Made by a program: the position numbers and the translations under genes
Part shown: positions 26,319-39,615 of the stretch, in pieces
How positions within the stretch are numbered: position 1 is the stretch's first letter
Layout of the letters: every line of letters begins with the position of its first letter
Notes under the pieces: generated by a model
Databases searched by the model: none
What the model saw: the letters and a program-made list of their open reading frames with translations, nothing else
What the model was told of the DNA's origin: nothing
NCBI RefSeq assembly: GCF_963921235.1
Contig: NC_086108.1
Location: 100,256,001-100,320,000, forward strand
Direction: 5' to 3'
Length of the DNA: 64,000 nt
From: Mobula hypostoma
Lineage: Eukaryota

Positions 26319-27289
26319 TATATGCTTATGTGTTTTTTTCAATTGCAAATCCGATCGAATCTACATTCAGGAGAGGAAGAAAGAGACAGAAAGAAAAAAG
26401 ACGAAAATAAAAATATTTCATTTAAGGTCGGTGTATTATTCTGCCGACGGTCGGTTGAAGATAGGAATGAAATCTCAGATCAGGCCCAAGCCGGCAGTGG
26501 CGTTACAGTCACCCCCCCCCAACACACACACACACATACACACGTACACACACACACCTCAATTAAGTGGCTTGTTAACCTGTTACCCAAAGACTGTGTT
26601 TATGCTGGTCTAATCTGTCCTTGATCAGTAATCTCAATACTGCTGTGGCTTCCTTCGTGTCATTTCAAGATGAATGCGCCTCTCCATGAAGGCAAGGGGA
26701 GGGGGGAGGAGAGAGGGGGAGCTGTTAGCTGCCCTGCACATGTGCCTGATGTGCGATCGTTTCAGGCTTCCCTTGTTATTTTTTTTCTCCCTTAAATAAA
26801 CCACGCCAGTCTCAATGCGGGGCTGCGGCGACCGCAAGAGAGGAAATTGAGAAAGTCAAAAACAATCCGGCGGCAAAATATCTCGGGGAACCCTATCGCC
26901 AACCCCAACCTCCAGCAGATTAAATCTTCAAAACAAACCGAATCGCAAAGAAACCGGCAGCCCCTCCAGAAAATAAACCGCTATACGTAGGATCTAGGGC
27001 CTCGACAAGTTTTCCTCCTAAGTAGGGGGGGGGACTCTGCTTTATTTTTTTAAGAAAAGCTTTTTAACTTAACTGCATTCGGGCGAATGCTTGGTTCGGC
27101 CGGGGCTCCAAGAGACGGAGAGCTGCAGCCAACTAAACCAGTCATACAAAGTAGGCTGGAAAACGGCAGTTACAGACGAGCCGCCGGGGACAAGGCACCG
27201 TGCGTGCGCTACCCGCCGCAGCCAAACCAAATCCGAACGCCTCCCTTTCTATCCCCAGATTAATCGCCTCCACGCGACCACAGTCTTAC

Positions 27290-27880
27290 CTGCTCTCCGC
27301 TTGGTCGGTAGTGTGTGTGTATGTGCGTGCGTATATGTGGATTGCTTTTTTTAAAAAAAAAACGATTGCTTATCAGATATTTGCGACGATTTTGAAAGAC
27401 ACGTCTAGAATTCAGTTGCAAATGAAGGAATCCAATCGCCAGTCTTACACAGCGCAGTCCCACAACAGATCGGCCTTATGGTATTTTAATCGCTCGCTGT
27501 CTGGAAATATCATGAAAGCTCTTTATGTGCGCTCTCTGTCTCGTGTCCGCTGCCGACGGCACAAGGTAAACCGAAGTTCTCGCTTTCAGATGTCCGGCTG
27601 CTAACTTCTGTGTGCATGCAGGGCGGCGGGTTACTCCAGGAGCCTCTCCTTTCGGGTGGATCGGTGGGAGAAGGGTTGTTGCAACAACGACGGCCAAGTG
27701 GAGGCTGGTGGTGGAGGACGGGGCTTCGTCCTTCTGGCGAGGGAGCGAGGGGAGTTTACGCTCTCTCTCGCACGCACACACGGCGCGGCCGATCTGCTCT
27801 GCCGCTGCAGCTACCTACATGTGTTAGTGACAGCGGCGGATCCAGCTACACACACACACACACAAACACACACATACACA
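27290..27880 (-). other. LMO4: Probable non-coding exon 1 of LMO4 (5' boundary uncertain)
   Basis: Strong donor CAG|GTAAGA at 27290/27289 inside a CpG-rich region about 930 nt upstream of the first coding exon's acceptor. Confidence 0.55.
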
Positions 27881-28619
27881 CACACCCGGAGCAGCACGTC
27901 AGCCTGGGCCGCCCAACCAACACCGCACGATTCAGGCGGAATAACAGAACCAACCAATCACTAGCAGCAAAGAAAAGCAGGGCAAGATCACACAGTCCTG
28001 TGTGACTGTAAACCGCAATCTCCCCGAACGCAAAAAAAAGCGTGAACGCACGCACAGAACACGTATGTGCTCTGTCTGTGTACTTCACAGAGGTATAACA
28101 TCGGGTTATTTACTTAGTAATTTATTCAATACTTGTTTTTCTCTGCTGGTCGTGCGGGTTAATTAAATTCTTGATTTGATGACTGTTTTAGATAGTTTTA
28201 TTTTAGAGAGAGAGTAAATATGCAGTCCAAATTGCGTATGTGAATGTATTCTGCGAACGAACCGAAACATCTGTTTTGAACCTGTACATCCCGGGTTTCA
28301 AGCATTTAGATCGGTATGGAAAGTGCAGTGACCAGTCAGGAGTTCTGGGTTAATGAGGGACATAGCCAGCCGAAAAAAGAAAGAAAATGAGTAAACCCAG
28401 TTACGCATGAAAGCGAAATATGATTTTTTTTAAGTGGACATCATTACCCAATTGGTGAATCATTTACACATGAGTAGTTAATCGTTGGAATAGTTTCGTA
28501 ATCCAGAAGTTTTTAATAAAATAGAGCAATAAATCAAATGGCTTTTTTTTAATAAAAGGAGGTTGGTGTTCTTTTTGGATCCTTTGACTTTTTTTTAGAA
28601 AAGTCATACTCCGCTCTCG

Positions 28620-29070
28620 CAGCTGACTTATTTTCCTGAGTCGGACGATTTTTGGCTCTGGTCCCACTCGCAGAGTTTTGAGGGCATAATCCCGATCGTT
28701 TCCAGTGCAGTGCCGACGGAATGCTGCACCGTTGACAAGCGAAAACTTAAATCGTGCTCCGTTTGCCTGCCCATTGGGAACATACCAATGACACAACCTT
28801 GAAGAAGATCTGGGCTGTTCGCTCTGGTGTTTTGATCAGTATTTATCCAGCGATCAATGACATGCAAACAGATAATCAAGTCATAAAGATAGGAGATTCT
28901 GCAGATGTTGGAAATCCAGAATAACACACACACACACACGGCAGGTCAGGCAGCATTTGTGGAGAGCAATAAACATTTCGGCTCGGGACCCTTCAATCCG
29001 GTCTTTGTTTCATTTCGGGTTGTGGGAGCTTCTTGTGTGGGGATTGTCGCCACGCTCCCTCCCGTTGACT
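28620..29070 (+). mobile_element. Degenerate Deu-domain SINE interrupted by a Penelope-like arm (other Deu fragments near 4075-4165, 4893-4982, 50330-50400, 62535-62660)
   Basis: CCAGTGCAGTGCCGACGGAATGCTGCACCGT...GAAGAAGATCTGGG...TATTTATCC...ACAGATAATC...TGTGGGAGCTT follows the Deu-core layout as I recall it. Confidence 0.6.
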
Positions 29071-32000
29071 ATGTTCGTCAAAAGTGCTCCGTGTTTTTTT
29101 TTTGCGAAACTCGGACTGGAATAATGGTTCGTGGCAGAAGCTAAGATCGGCAGGTGCACGGGTGTACCACCGCCCGCAGGTTGCGCTCCATGTCACACGC
29201 CATCGGACTTGGAATTACTGTGTATCGCCGCTCCTTCGTTGAAGCGGCGTCTAAACCCTACGGTCTCCTTCCGCACTTGGAATTCAGCGGTTCAAGAAGA
29301 TACTTTTCAAATCATAAATGTTATATTTTTATTCTATTTAGATATTCAGCAGGTAACAGATCCTTCCGGCCCTACGAACTCCTGCAATCCAATTCCGCCC
29401 ATGAGACTAATTAACCTATTAACTCGTAGGGCCTTAGAATGTGGGAGGAAACCGGGACACCCCGAGGAAATACGTTTGGTCACAGGGAGAACGTGCAGAC
29501 TCCTTACAGACAACTGCGGGAATTGACCCCGAATCGCTGTCATTGTATTCACGCTACCGTGCTGACCCAACACTGATGGTATACAGTACTGTTTTGTTTT
29601 AAGTTACACGTTTACTCTCCTGCACGTTATTTGGACTTTCTTCAGCTTCTGACAGTTACTTGGTTAATATTTGAAACCGTGTGGGATTTCCCAGACTGCT
29701 CAACCGGTAAAGGGTTTGGGGATTCAATTACCAACCGGGCCAGCTGCCATCTTGAATCTATGCTGAATTATCACTGTAAAAGAGACAGTTGTGCACTGTT
29801 GTGCAGTGAAATCAGCCAAGATTTCCTCTCCTGCTCACCTGGTGCGGCTGGATATTGGGAAAAAGTTAAATGAATACAACGGTAGAAACTTCAGCCCAGT
29901 ATGAACACGTGAAGGACTACAATCTGTACAAATCAAATCCCATTTTCCAGCACTCAGCCTCGGGCCCTAAAATCTGGTTCGGCTCCCTGTGTTCAGAAGG
30001 CAAGCAGCAAGCTGAGGTAAACCTTTAGACAAAGTCTGGGCTGACAGCCTAGTTCAGTGTCACTGTCCTGGTAAAGTCTTGACCTGAAACCTCGACTGGT
30101 TACAGTATTCCCCTCCATTGATGCTTCCCGACCTGCTGAGTTCCTCCAGCATTTCGTATGTGCTGCTCTGTGTTACACCGTACAAAATTTTAAAAGGAGA
30201 ATTCGGGGAAACCTGCTGCCAAGCAATCTCCCAGAATCTCTGTGTTTCGCTTTGCTTTGACTTGCAGATAGAGTTGATTTTGCTTCACGCCGTGTTGTTG
30301 CTGAGAGTTACGGCGGGGATCGGTTATTGGTGTGGGGGAGGGGGTCAACATCCCGACTGCAAACCAGTTACTACAGCAGAAAGGGGACAACATATTAATA
30401 TTAGAAACAGATCACTGTCACAACTTTTGCACTTTGCCAGGGAACCGTTCGTTATGATATAATACACGTAATACTAAAACGTGTATAAATGCATATGGCA
30501 AATAAAGTTCACCCTTGATACTTGAGATCTATTAAAGAGCAAAGTTAAATCCAGAAGAAAAAGTAAGCCCCACACCAAAGATCAAAGTAAGTTTATTATC
30601 GATGTGTGCTATATAGAACCTTGAGGTTCATTGGAAGGCACCCACAGGAAAATGATAGAATCTATGAAAAACCTCACATAACCAAGACCGGTAAGCATCC
30701 AATGTGCAAAAGAGGACAAATTATGCAAATAATAAAACAGCAAACACATTATCCTGAGAACATGGGCTGCAGAGTTCCTAAAGTGAGTCCACAGACTGTA
30801 CCAGTTTATCTGATTTAGTGTTGCCGGCGTGATTCTCCTCTCTGCCTGCAGAACGCTTTCAGCATCCCTTTCCCAGCGGCTTGCTGGTTAAAAGCACCAC
30901 CTGGTGGAAGACCAAGCAATGTAGATCAATTGATTCATTGTCTGGCCTTCCATGCTTACATTCCCACCTGCATCGTGAATATTGGACTAGAGCGAACTGA
31001 ATTTTCACGCTAACAGAAGGTGTGCCTGTTTGTTGTAAAAATGGGCGTGAAGGGCAGCCTAGGAACTCTATGGTGAGACGCAGTTGTGGTTCAGGCCGCA
31101 AATTCTTTGACATAGTTGCACATCCTGAGGGCTGAAGCAATTCACTCAGAACTCGGCTATTAATATTCAAACCTGAACGGAAACCTTTAGTCAATCTGCG
31201 TCTTTTCTGCCATGTGAAAGCAGTATTCATCATCAAGGACCCCCACCATCCAGACCATGCTCCCTCCTCACTACTACCATTGGGATGGAGGTACAGGAGT
31301 CTCACACCACCACTTTCATGAACAGTTATCACACTACAACTATCAGGCTCCTGAAACCAGTGTGGATAACTTCACTCATCTCAACTCCGATCTGGTTCCA
31401 CAATATACAGACTCACTTTCTAGGACTACACAAGTTATGTCCTCAGTAATATATTTTTAATTTGTCTTCTTTTACACATTGATTGTCAATCTTTGTTATG
31501 TATAGTTCTTCATAAATTCTATCATTTTTTAAAAAAAATTCCTGTAAATGCCTGCAAGGAAGTGAATCTCAAGTTTGTATATGGTGGTATATATGTACTC
31601 TGATAATAAACTTACTTTGACTTTGAATCCAGGTTGCCTGACTTAGCTATGGATGCAAGTGTAGGCATCAGAGTTAGTCCCAGTGAAGGAAGGGGACTGA
31701 TTAAATGGAAACCACGCATTTGACAGTCACCTAGGTGGAGGTGTCATGAAAAACAGGATCTGGTGTGGAACAGTCTACTAATACTTACTAACTAGACATG
31801 ACATGCAGAATACTTGCACAAAGTGCAGGAAATTAAAATACAGATATGTTAGTACTTTCAGAGAGATGGGAAAAATCGCACAAAACATTGCCTATTAAGT
31901 TCCACCGATAGTGCCTAAAGATTAAACTAAACACAAGTAACTTGCAACAACTAATGAATTAAGATGGACTAGTGAATAAAGATGTACAAATTCAGTTCTA

Positions 32001-33783
32001 TAATTCCATTCTTAATGGTGTGAATGGCTTCAGAATCGGAATGAGGTTTAATATCACTGGCGTGTGTTGATTTGCTATCTCTGGAGAAGCAGTACAATGC
32101 AATACATAATGATAGAAAAAAAGGAGTGAGGTAGTGTTTATGGGTTCAATATCCTAAATCGTTGAGTGTGTGCCTTAAGGCTCCTGTACTTCCTTCCTTA
32201 TGGAAACAATGAAAACAGGACATGTCCTGGCTCATGGGTGTCCTTAACGATGGATGCCGCCTTTTTGAGGCATTGCTCCTTGAAAGCTGTCCTGGATACT
32301 ACAGGGACTAGTGCCCATGATGGAGCTGACTATGTTTACAACTCTTCATAACTTATTTTGATCCTCTGCAATGTAGCCCACCCCCTCCCTGTACCAAATG
32401 GTGATACAGACAGAATGTTTACATTATTTCATTAAGGTACACATTTTTGACAGCACATTTTAATGAACTCTAAAATGTTTTGGGAACAATCCCACGAAAG
32501 TTCCAAGGTTTTAGAAACACACATGATCCAGAGTTCATTAATTCAGACTAGCAGGCAAATGTACAGAGTAGGACATAGCAGATGCAAGGGCAGAAGAAAA
32601 AATTATTCGCCCTTCTTCTGTCAGCCCACAAAATCATGGCAGATATTCTACATCCATTCCACATAACTATAGTACTCTTGTGGTGTTTTTTAAAAACCTA
32701 TGGTATCCAATATCCCTTTTTATCCCTCTTGATTAGGCTCAAGAGCTGAGTGTTGATGGGTCTCTGGAGAATTGTTGATGGTTTAAAACTATCTGAGTGA
32801 GGAACAGATTCCTCTGTTTTAGTTCTCGGATGCTTATTCTGAGAGGGTGATTCATTGTTTCAGACTCTTGGTCTAGGGGCAAAAGTTAGTCCATCAGCTA
32901 TCCTATCAAGAGCTCTTGGAAAGTTCGATGGCTGAATAAGATTAGCAATCATTTTTCTAAACTCTGGGAAATGCCTACTGAATCTATACACAATTAGAGT
33001 CATATATAGTATATCATGCAAAGAAGCCCTTCAACCCTATGGTCCAAAGGGCCAAATTGACTAAGTTATCGACTACAGCCAGTCCAATTTGCTTGTATTT
33101 GGCCCATATTCCTTTCATCCACTTCTACTCCTTTACCTGCCCAAATGCCTTTTATTGATTACATTCATACCCACATCTAGCACTTCCTCTAGCAGCTTAT
33201 TCCATGTACTGTACCCACTGCCCTCTGTGTGAAAAATGTGTAAATAATGTCAAATCTTTTGCCCTCTTCTCCTGAAATCAATGCCCTCCAATTTTAGACC
33301 CCCTTACCCTACAGAAAAAGACTTTGAACATTCACCTTATCTTAAGCTGTCATTTCCCTTATCTTGCCCCATTCTAAAAGGTCACTAGCCTGGTGACCCC
33401 TTCTTGTATGGTCTCTGTCTTCTTATTTATTTATTGAGATACAGTGCGGAGTACCCCCTTCTGGCTATTGAAGCTGTGCCGCCTCGCAACCCAATTTAAT
33501 TCTAGTCTAATCATGGGACAATTTATAATGACCAGTTAGCCTACCAACCAGTACATCTTTGGACTGTGGGAGGAAACTGGAGCACCAGAGGAAACCCATG
33601 CAGGCATGGGGAAAACGTACAAACTCTGTACAAACAGCAGCAGGAATAGTCCCTGGCCTGCTGTAAAGTGGTGTGCTAACCGTTATGCTGCTGTGCCTTT
33701 ATTCTTAAGTAAGGAAAGCAAAATGGTAGCTGATTATTAAAAATAATGCAGATTAATATAGCGATATATATTAATACAGGAAG

Positions 33784-34094
33784 CCTTTATGGGCATCCAT
33801 TAAGTCTCGTGAGGCCATGAACTTGTGCCTTGGAAGGTTTCCAGGGTGCAGGCCTGGGCAAGGTTGTATGGAAGACCAGCAGTTGCCCATGCTGCAAGTC
33901 TCCCCTCTCCACGCCACCGATGTTGTCCAAGGGAAGGGCATTAGGACCCATACAACTTGGCACTGGTGTCGTAGCAGAGCAATGTGTGGTTAAGTGCCTT
34001 GCTCAAGGACACAACACACTGCCTCAGCCAAGGCTCAGACTAGCGACATTCAGATCACTAGACGAACGCCTTAACTACTTGGCCACGCGCCAAC
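33784..34094 (-). mobile_element. tRNA-head SINE with an 8-bp TSD
   Basis: Head GTTGGCGCGTGGCCAAGTAGTTAAGGCG...GTGTCCTTGAGCAAGGCACTTAACC; ACAGGAAG at 33776-33783 and 34095-34102. Confidence 0.7.
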
Positions 34095-35455
34095 ACAGGA
34101 AGACTTAAGACATACTGTATTTGAGGTCAATAGGGCAGCTTCTGATACGTGATCCCTCAGACCTCCCTCATTCAGAGATATTCCTTTTGTTTTATTCATC
34201 CCTCCCCCATCTTTTCCGCGACATGAAAATAGAGTCATTGGAACAATACTAGATGGGAACAGGCCTTTTAGCCCAGCTTATCAATACACACCATGCTGTC
34301 TACCAAATTAATTGCATTTGCTTGTGGTTGCCCCATAGCCTCTGAACTACTCCTATCCACATACCTTATCCAGCTAATATTGCTCTTTCCCATGATCTGA
34401 AAAGGGCTTTGGCTTGAAATATTAAGAATATTGCTCCCTTCACAGATGCTGCCTGACCTGCATTTCCTGTTTTTAATTCATATTTTCAACATTTGCATTT
34501 TCCAGATTGTCATTAACGTTTCCAGAACTGTGCTAAGAGTGCTTCGCTGTGAGTGGTGCAAGGATAGTATCTTTATACTTTACAAAGAATGAAGATATTT
34601 ACTTTTGTAACCTATTTTAAAAAGAGCAGCACACACAAAATGCTGGAGGAACTCAGCAAGTCAGGCAGTATCTATGGAGAGTGTGGGTCACAGTAGCCTC
34701 TCTCATGATCATCATTTTTCTATGGTGACTAAGTTTAGAGGGGGGCCTGGCTGTAATTTCATATTTTTTACCCTGGATGTCCAGCATCTGCAGAATCTCT
34801 TGTGCTTAAAAAAGAAGAGGCCATTTCCCTCATGCCTCAACCAACATTTACCCTTCATAACTGCTGACACCAACTGGAGTAAAGACGCAAAGCAGTACCA
34901 ATCACCAACCAACAAAGATAGAAATCAATCTCGGTGGCTCCACTTCCAGATGCCGCACAGTTTTCATGCCCATATTTGTTTGCACTTTTTCAGTATGTTC
35001 TGTATGTTCAATGCCTTTGAGATGGTCTTGTACCCTTCCCCAGAATTGTGCTTCCCTGTTTTCATTTCCCTGACTTGTCTTGAATGCTATTTTGTCTTCA
35101 TTTGGTTTGGTCTGTTGAAACTCTATCATAGTATTCAACCTTACAGAAAAAAGGGTATCTATTCTTCTGAATTCATTCAAAACAGGCGATTCTCCAATTT
35201 TCTGCATTAACAAACTGGGTGAGTTGGTAAGGTAGTATATAATATTGCACCAGAGGAAAGTTAGCATAGTTATTACAAAGGGTCTGAATACTTTCTCAGC
35301 CTCACAAATTTTGATGTTTAATTTTTTTTGTAAATTGTTTACATATTTTGGAATTTTTCTTTTGATTTGACATGAGGAACAATGTTTTGAATATTAGCGC
35401 AAAAACCCTGCTTCATTATATTTTAAATTTAGAACATGCGACAGTAAAATGTGAA

Positions 35456-35666
35456 CAACACACACAAAATGCTAGTGGAATGCAGCAGGCCAGGCAGCAT
35501 CTATAGGAAGAAGCACAGTCGACGTTTCGGGCTGAGACCCTTCGTCAGGACGAAGGTCTCCGCCCGAAACGTCGACTGTGCTTCATCGTATAGATGCTGC
35601 CTGGCCTGCTGCGTTCCACCAGCATTTTGTGTGTGTTGGGTGATTTTCCAGCATCTGCAGATTTTG
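35456..35666. mobile_element. Penelope-like fold-back (inverted pLTR) mini-element with a 14-bp TSD
   Basis: Inverted arms of about 90 bp across 35456-35638; CAGTAAAATGTGAA duplicated at 35442-35455 and 35667-35680. Confidence 0.8.
35516..35551 (-). ncRNA. Minimal type I hammerhead ribozyme motif
   Basis: Minus strand GTC-CTGACGA-A-GGG TCTCAG CCC-GAAA-C-GTC-GACTG: both conserved core boxes, stem II, the GUC triplet and a GTC/GAC stem I. Confidence 0.7.
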
Positions 35667-36845
35667 CAGTAAAATGTGAAAACAGTTTTGGGGCTAAATA
35701 CTTTTTCAAGGCACTGTAAGTGTTGTATCTTCAAGGAAAGCACTTTCGGGTTGTGCTCTCTTTAACAGAATGGGAGGATTCATGATGGCCCATTGTGATG
35801 AATCCATCAAGGACCCCACCATCCTGGCAATGCTCTTTTCTCGCTGCTGCCATCGGCACAGAGATACAGGAGCCTTGGCCCACACCACCAGGTTCAGAAA
35901 TAGTTATTACACTTCAACCATCAGGCTCCTGAACCATTGTGGATAACTTCACTCACCTCAACACAGAACTGACTCCACAACCTAGGGATTCCGCAGTTCC
36001 ACAGTCTGTCTACTTTTACGCATTAATTGGTTGTCAGTCTTTGTGTGTAGTTTTTAATTGATTCTGTTGCATTTCTTTGATGTACATGCCCGCAAGGAAA
36101 TGAATCCTGGGGTAGTGTATGGTGATATATACGTACACCGATAATTTGCTTTGAACTTTGAACTGTCCTATCAATAGCCCGGGCGTGTCTAATCGCAATG
36201 TGATACGTTCAGTGAAGCATACTCGCTTGCTTCTGGGAGAATTTGTTTGAAACGCGATAATAAATCAGATTTTACAGGGGAAGATTTTGCAGATCCGCAG
36301 AGTACCTGGTCTGGATGCGCAACTTTGCGCATTTGTTATTCGACTTCGTACCTTTAATGGTCGGCAGCCTAATAAACTCTGCAAAGCTTTACAAGGGAAT
36401 CATATTCCGCAACCTTCATAGTTTTTGGCTCGATCGACACGCAGGAGTTTCGACGAACAGCCGCCCTCATGTACCTTACAAACGAATGGCGTACCCTCAT
36501 TATTTCCGCTCTCCTACTGTGCGCGTGTCTGGGTCTGTGTCGTGTCAGAGAACTCTATATTTGAGTGTGTGACAGCTGTACGTGTGTGTGTGTGTGTACC
36601 AGAGAGTGCGACTATGCATGGTTTCTCGCTCTATTCTCCGCAATAACACGTCGGTGATGTAACATAGCACGTGGGCGCGTCCGTGTTGGGAGGGGTCGCT
36701 CACATTTTCACGCCCGTCTCTCACACTGACACTTAGTGCAAAAATCGATTTTACTTTCCATTGAAATTACCGCGTTCACCCTGTGTTTCGTGCGAGATAC
36801 GAGTCCTCCCAGACGCAAAATCCGAGGTATCCCAGCGCTTTCCGT

Positions 36846-37330
36846 AAGACCATAAGGAACAGGAGCAGAATTAGGCCGTTCGGTCCATCGAGATTACTCC
36901 GCCATTCCATTGTGGCTGATTTATTAGCCTTCCCAACCCGATTCTCCTGCCTTCTCCTCGTAACCTTTCACACCCTTACTAATCAAGAACCTTTCAACCT
37001 CCCTTTAAATATACTGTACCCAAATGGCTTGGCTTCCAAAGCTGTCTGTGGCATTGAATCCTAGAGATCCGCCACTCTCTGGCTAAAGAAATTCCTCTTC
37101 TCTATTCTAAAGACTCTTCCTTATATTCTGAGGCTTTGCCCTCAGGTCCTAGACTCCCACACTATTAGAAACATCGTCTCCACGTCCACTCTATCTAGGC
37201 CTTTCAATATTCGTTGTTTCAATGAGATCCCTTCCCCGTTAGTCTTCTAAACTCCAGGGAGTACAGACCCAGAGTCATCAAACGCTTCTTGTTCGTTCTC
37301 CCTTCATTTTCGTGAAACTGCTCTGGTATT
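36846..37330 (-). mobile_element. CR1 3' fragment (similar minus copies near 40015-40800, 53780-54110, 57715-57975)
   Basis: Reverse complement of the CR1 3'UTR and terminal ORF2 seen elsewhere in the window. Confidence 0.75.
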
Positions 37331-39574
37331 GTTCTTGGTTTTATTTGACCTCCCTGGATCATCCCGTACGCTCTGAGGCTGCACTCCAACGCGATTCCGC
37401 TCCCTGTGGGTTTGCGTGCTTGGATAGGATTAATAATTTTTTTCCCACAGACTGATCATTGAAATGCACCTCATTTGCAAAGGAGACTTCGACCAACATA
37501 TTTTGGAGGACGAAATATGTAGTCCTCTTAAACAGATCCCGGTCTACCCGTCTACAATTTGCACACATGCAGTGCACGAACTTCAGCGTGATGAACGGCA
37601 TCATGGGGCGAAATGAATTCCTCTCGAATGGGCGCCAGCCGTCTTCATCTCCTGGCAATTAAAGAGATGGTTTGGCGAAGTCCGTTCCCCGGCAAAGGAT
37701 GAGAGAGCTTCAAGTGGGAAGTGGGAAAAAGCTGTTCCTAAAACGCTAAGTGTGTGTCTTCAGGTTCCTGTAACTCTTCCCTGATGATAGTAATGAGAAG
37801 AGGACATGTCCTGGGTGATGGGGGTCCTTAATATTGGATATCACCTTTTTGAGACATCACCTATTGAAGGTGCCTTCAGCTGGTCCCCATGATGGAGCTG
37901 GTTGAGTTTGCAACTCTCTGCAACTTTTTCCGATCCAGTGCAGTGTCCTCTCCCACATTTCCATTCCAGTAAACTCCCTGGGATTATTTTGTTTTCCTCT
38001 ATGTTCTCCGTGCTCTCATTTCCAAAAAAAAACTATCTAAAATCGGTGGCAAGTCAGAAATGTTACATAGTTTCGGAGATTCAGGAGAACGGGCGCCCAG
38101 AGTCATTTAAACATCTGGTTGGATATGACAGTCTATATCGTTGTTTAAAATAAGACGACTGTGCTCATTCTAATGAGTGTATTTGAGACTGTGCGGTGAC
38201 CCCTCGGTACCGCGGGTGAGGGTGAATTCAAGCTATGCGTTGATTTTTTTGTGTGCTGGGACTCTAACCCAGACACCAGATCGCGAATCCTTAAAGAAAT
38301 CCTGAACGCGATCTTATTATTTGCCAGAGAGTGCAATGACCTGGATAAATAGAGTCAGATGTCTGGAATATTCATTTTCGACTACAGTGCTTTTTTTCTG
38401 GGTGACAAGAAGAAAAAATAATGGAATAAACAGACGACGTTTTGGACTGATAAAGGAAACCAGAATAAGAGAGTGTGGGAGGGGGTGGAGAAGAGCAGCA
38501 CGTGATGGATGAAACTAGGTGAGGGGGGACGTAGATGGGTGAAGTGAGAAGCTGGAAGTTGATTGGTGGAACAGCTAAAGGGCTGAAGAAGGAGGAATCT
38601 GATAGGAGAAAAGAATGGACCACTGGAGAAGGGGAAGGAGGAAGGGCAGCAGGGGGAGTTGATTGGAGGAAAGGATAAGCAACCTTAAAGAGCTTTGTTT
38701 GGTGGTTCATGGGGTAAGGAATGTAAAAATGTTCTCCCCCCCCCCACTCTCAAGTTTTTAGGTGTAGGGACATTATGCTACAGTTAGACAGTTAAGTCAT
38801 TGGTGGAGTATTGTGTACTGTTTTGGTCACCCTGTTATTGGAAAGACATTGTCAAGCTGAAGAGAGCGCCAAAGAAATTTATGAGAATGCGCTCTGGGCT
38901 GGAGGACCTGAGTTGTTGGGAGAACTTAGCCACGCTGGATCTTTATTCATTGGAGCACAGGTGAATGAGGGGCAACCTCAAAGAGGTTTATAAAATCATG
39001 AAGGGTATGGATAAGATGGACGGTCATAGTCCTTCCCCAAAACTAGAGGGCACAGACATAAGATAAGCGGGGAGAGATTCAAAAGTACCTGGAATGAGCT
39101 GCCAGAGGAAGTGGTTGAGGCAGGTACAAGTTCTATGTTTGAGAGGCATTTGGATAGGTACATGGAAGGGAGGGTCCTGGAGAGTTATGGGGTGAGCCAT
39201 TTGGACCAAAGAGCCTGTTTCCATGTCTTAGCAGATATTGGTTTCCTCTCCATTTCATGAGATACCAGTTCTTCTGGTATATATCCCACCCATCCAAGAA
39301 GCAATTTCAATTATCTTAACCCTCTCCCCATGCAACAGCTCTTTAGCCACCTAATAGGATCCTAGATCTTCTTTTATTTAACCTTCTGCCTAACTCTCTA
39401 ACTTGTGCACATGCATTGTTAGTCAGTCATTGTGTGTAATTTTTCATTGCTTCTATGTATTTCTTTCAGAATGCTTGCAATAAAATGAATCTCAGGATAG
39501 TACATGATGACATATTCGTACTTTGATCATGAATGTACTTTGAACTTTGAACTAAGCAGACTATCATGCCCCAA

Positions 39575-39576
<2 letters not shown>

Positions 39577-39611
<35 letters not shown>
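39577..39611. repeat. (CA)n microsatellite
   Basis: Directly visible. Confidence 0.95.

Positions 39612-39615
<4 letters not shown>

Larger units (their letters stand above)
25950..28100. promoter_or_regulatory. CpG island / LMO4 promoter region
   Basis: High CpG density, no TE fragments, CCAAT box at 27954-27958, (CA)n tracts. Confidence 0.65.
34820..35718 (-). mobile_element. Tc1 (IR/DR-type) transposon 5' remnant
   Basis: Terminus TA|CAGTGCCTTGAAAAAGTATT at 35718; inner DR near 35280-35300; decayed N-terminus MKTK*HSRQVR...KHNSGEGYKTISKALNI starting at 35101. Confidence 0.75.

Noticed and set aside
34674..35210. 178-aa ORF
   Set aside because: Spans repeat fragments and is antisense to a decayed Tc1 transposase.
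37359..37662. Overlapping ORFs in CpG-rich unique DNA
   Set aside because: No recognisable domain or splice-consistent exon; more likely regulatory.
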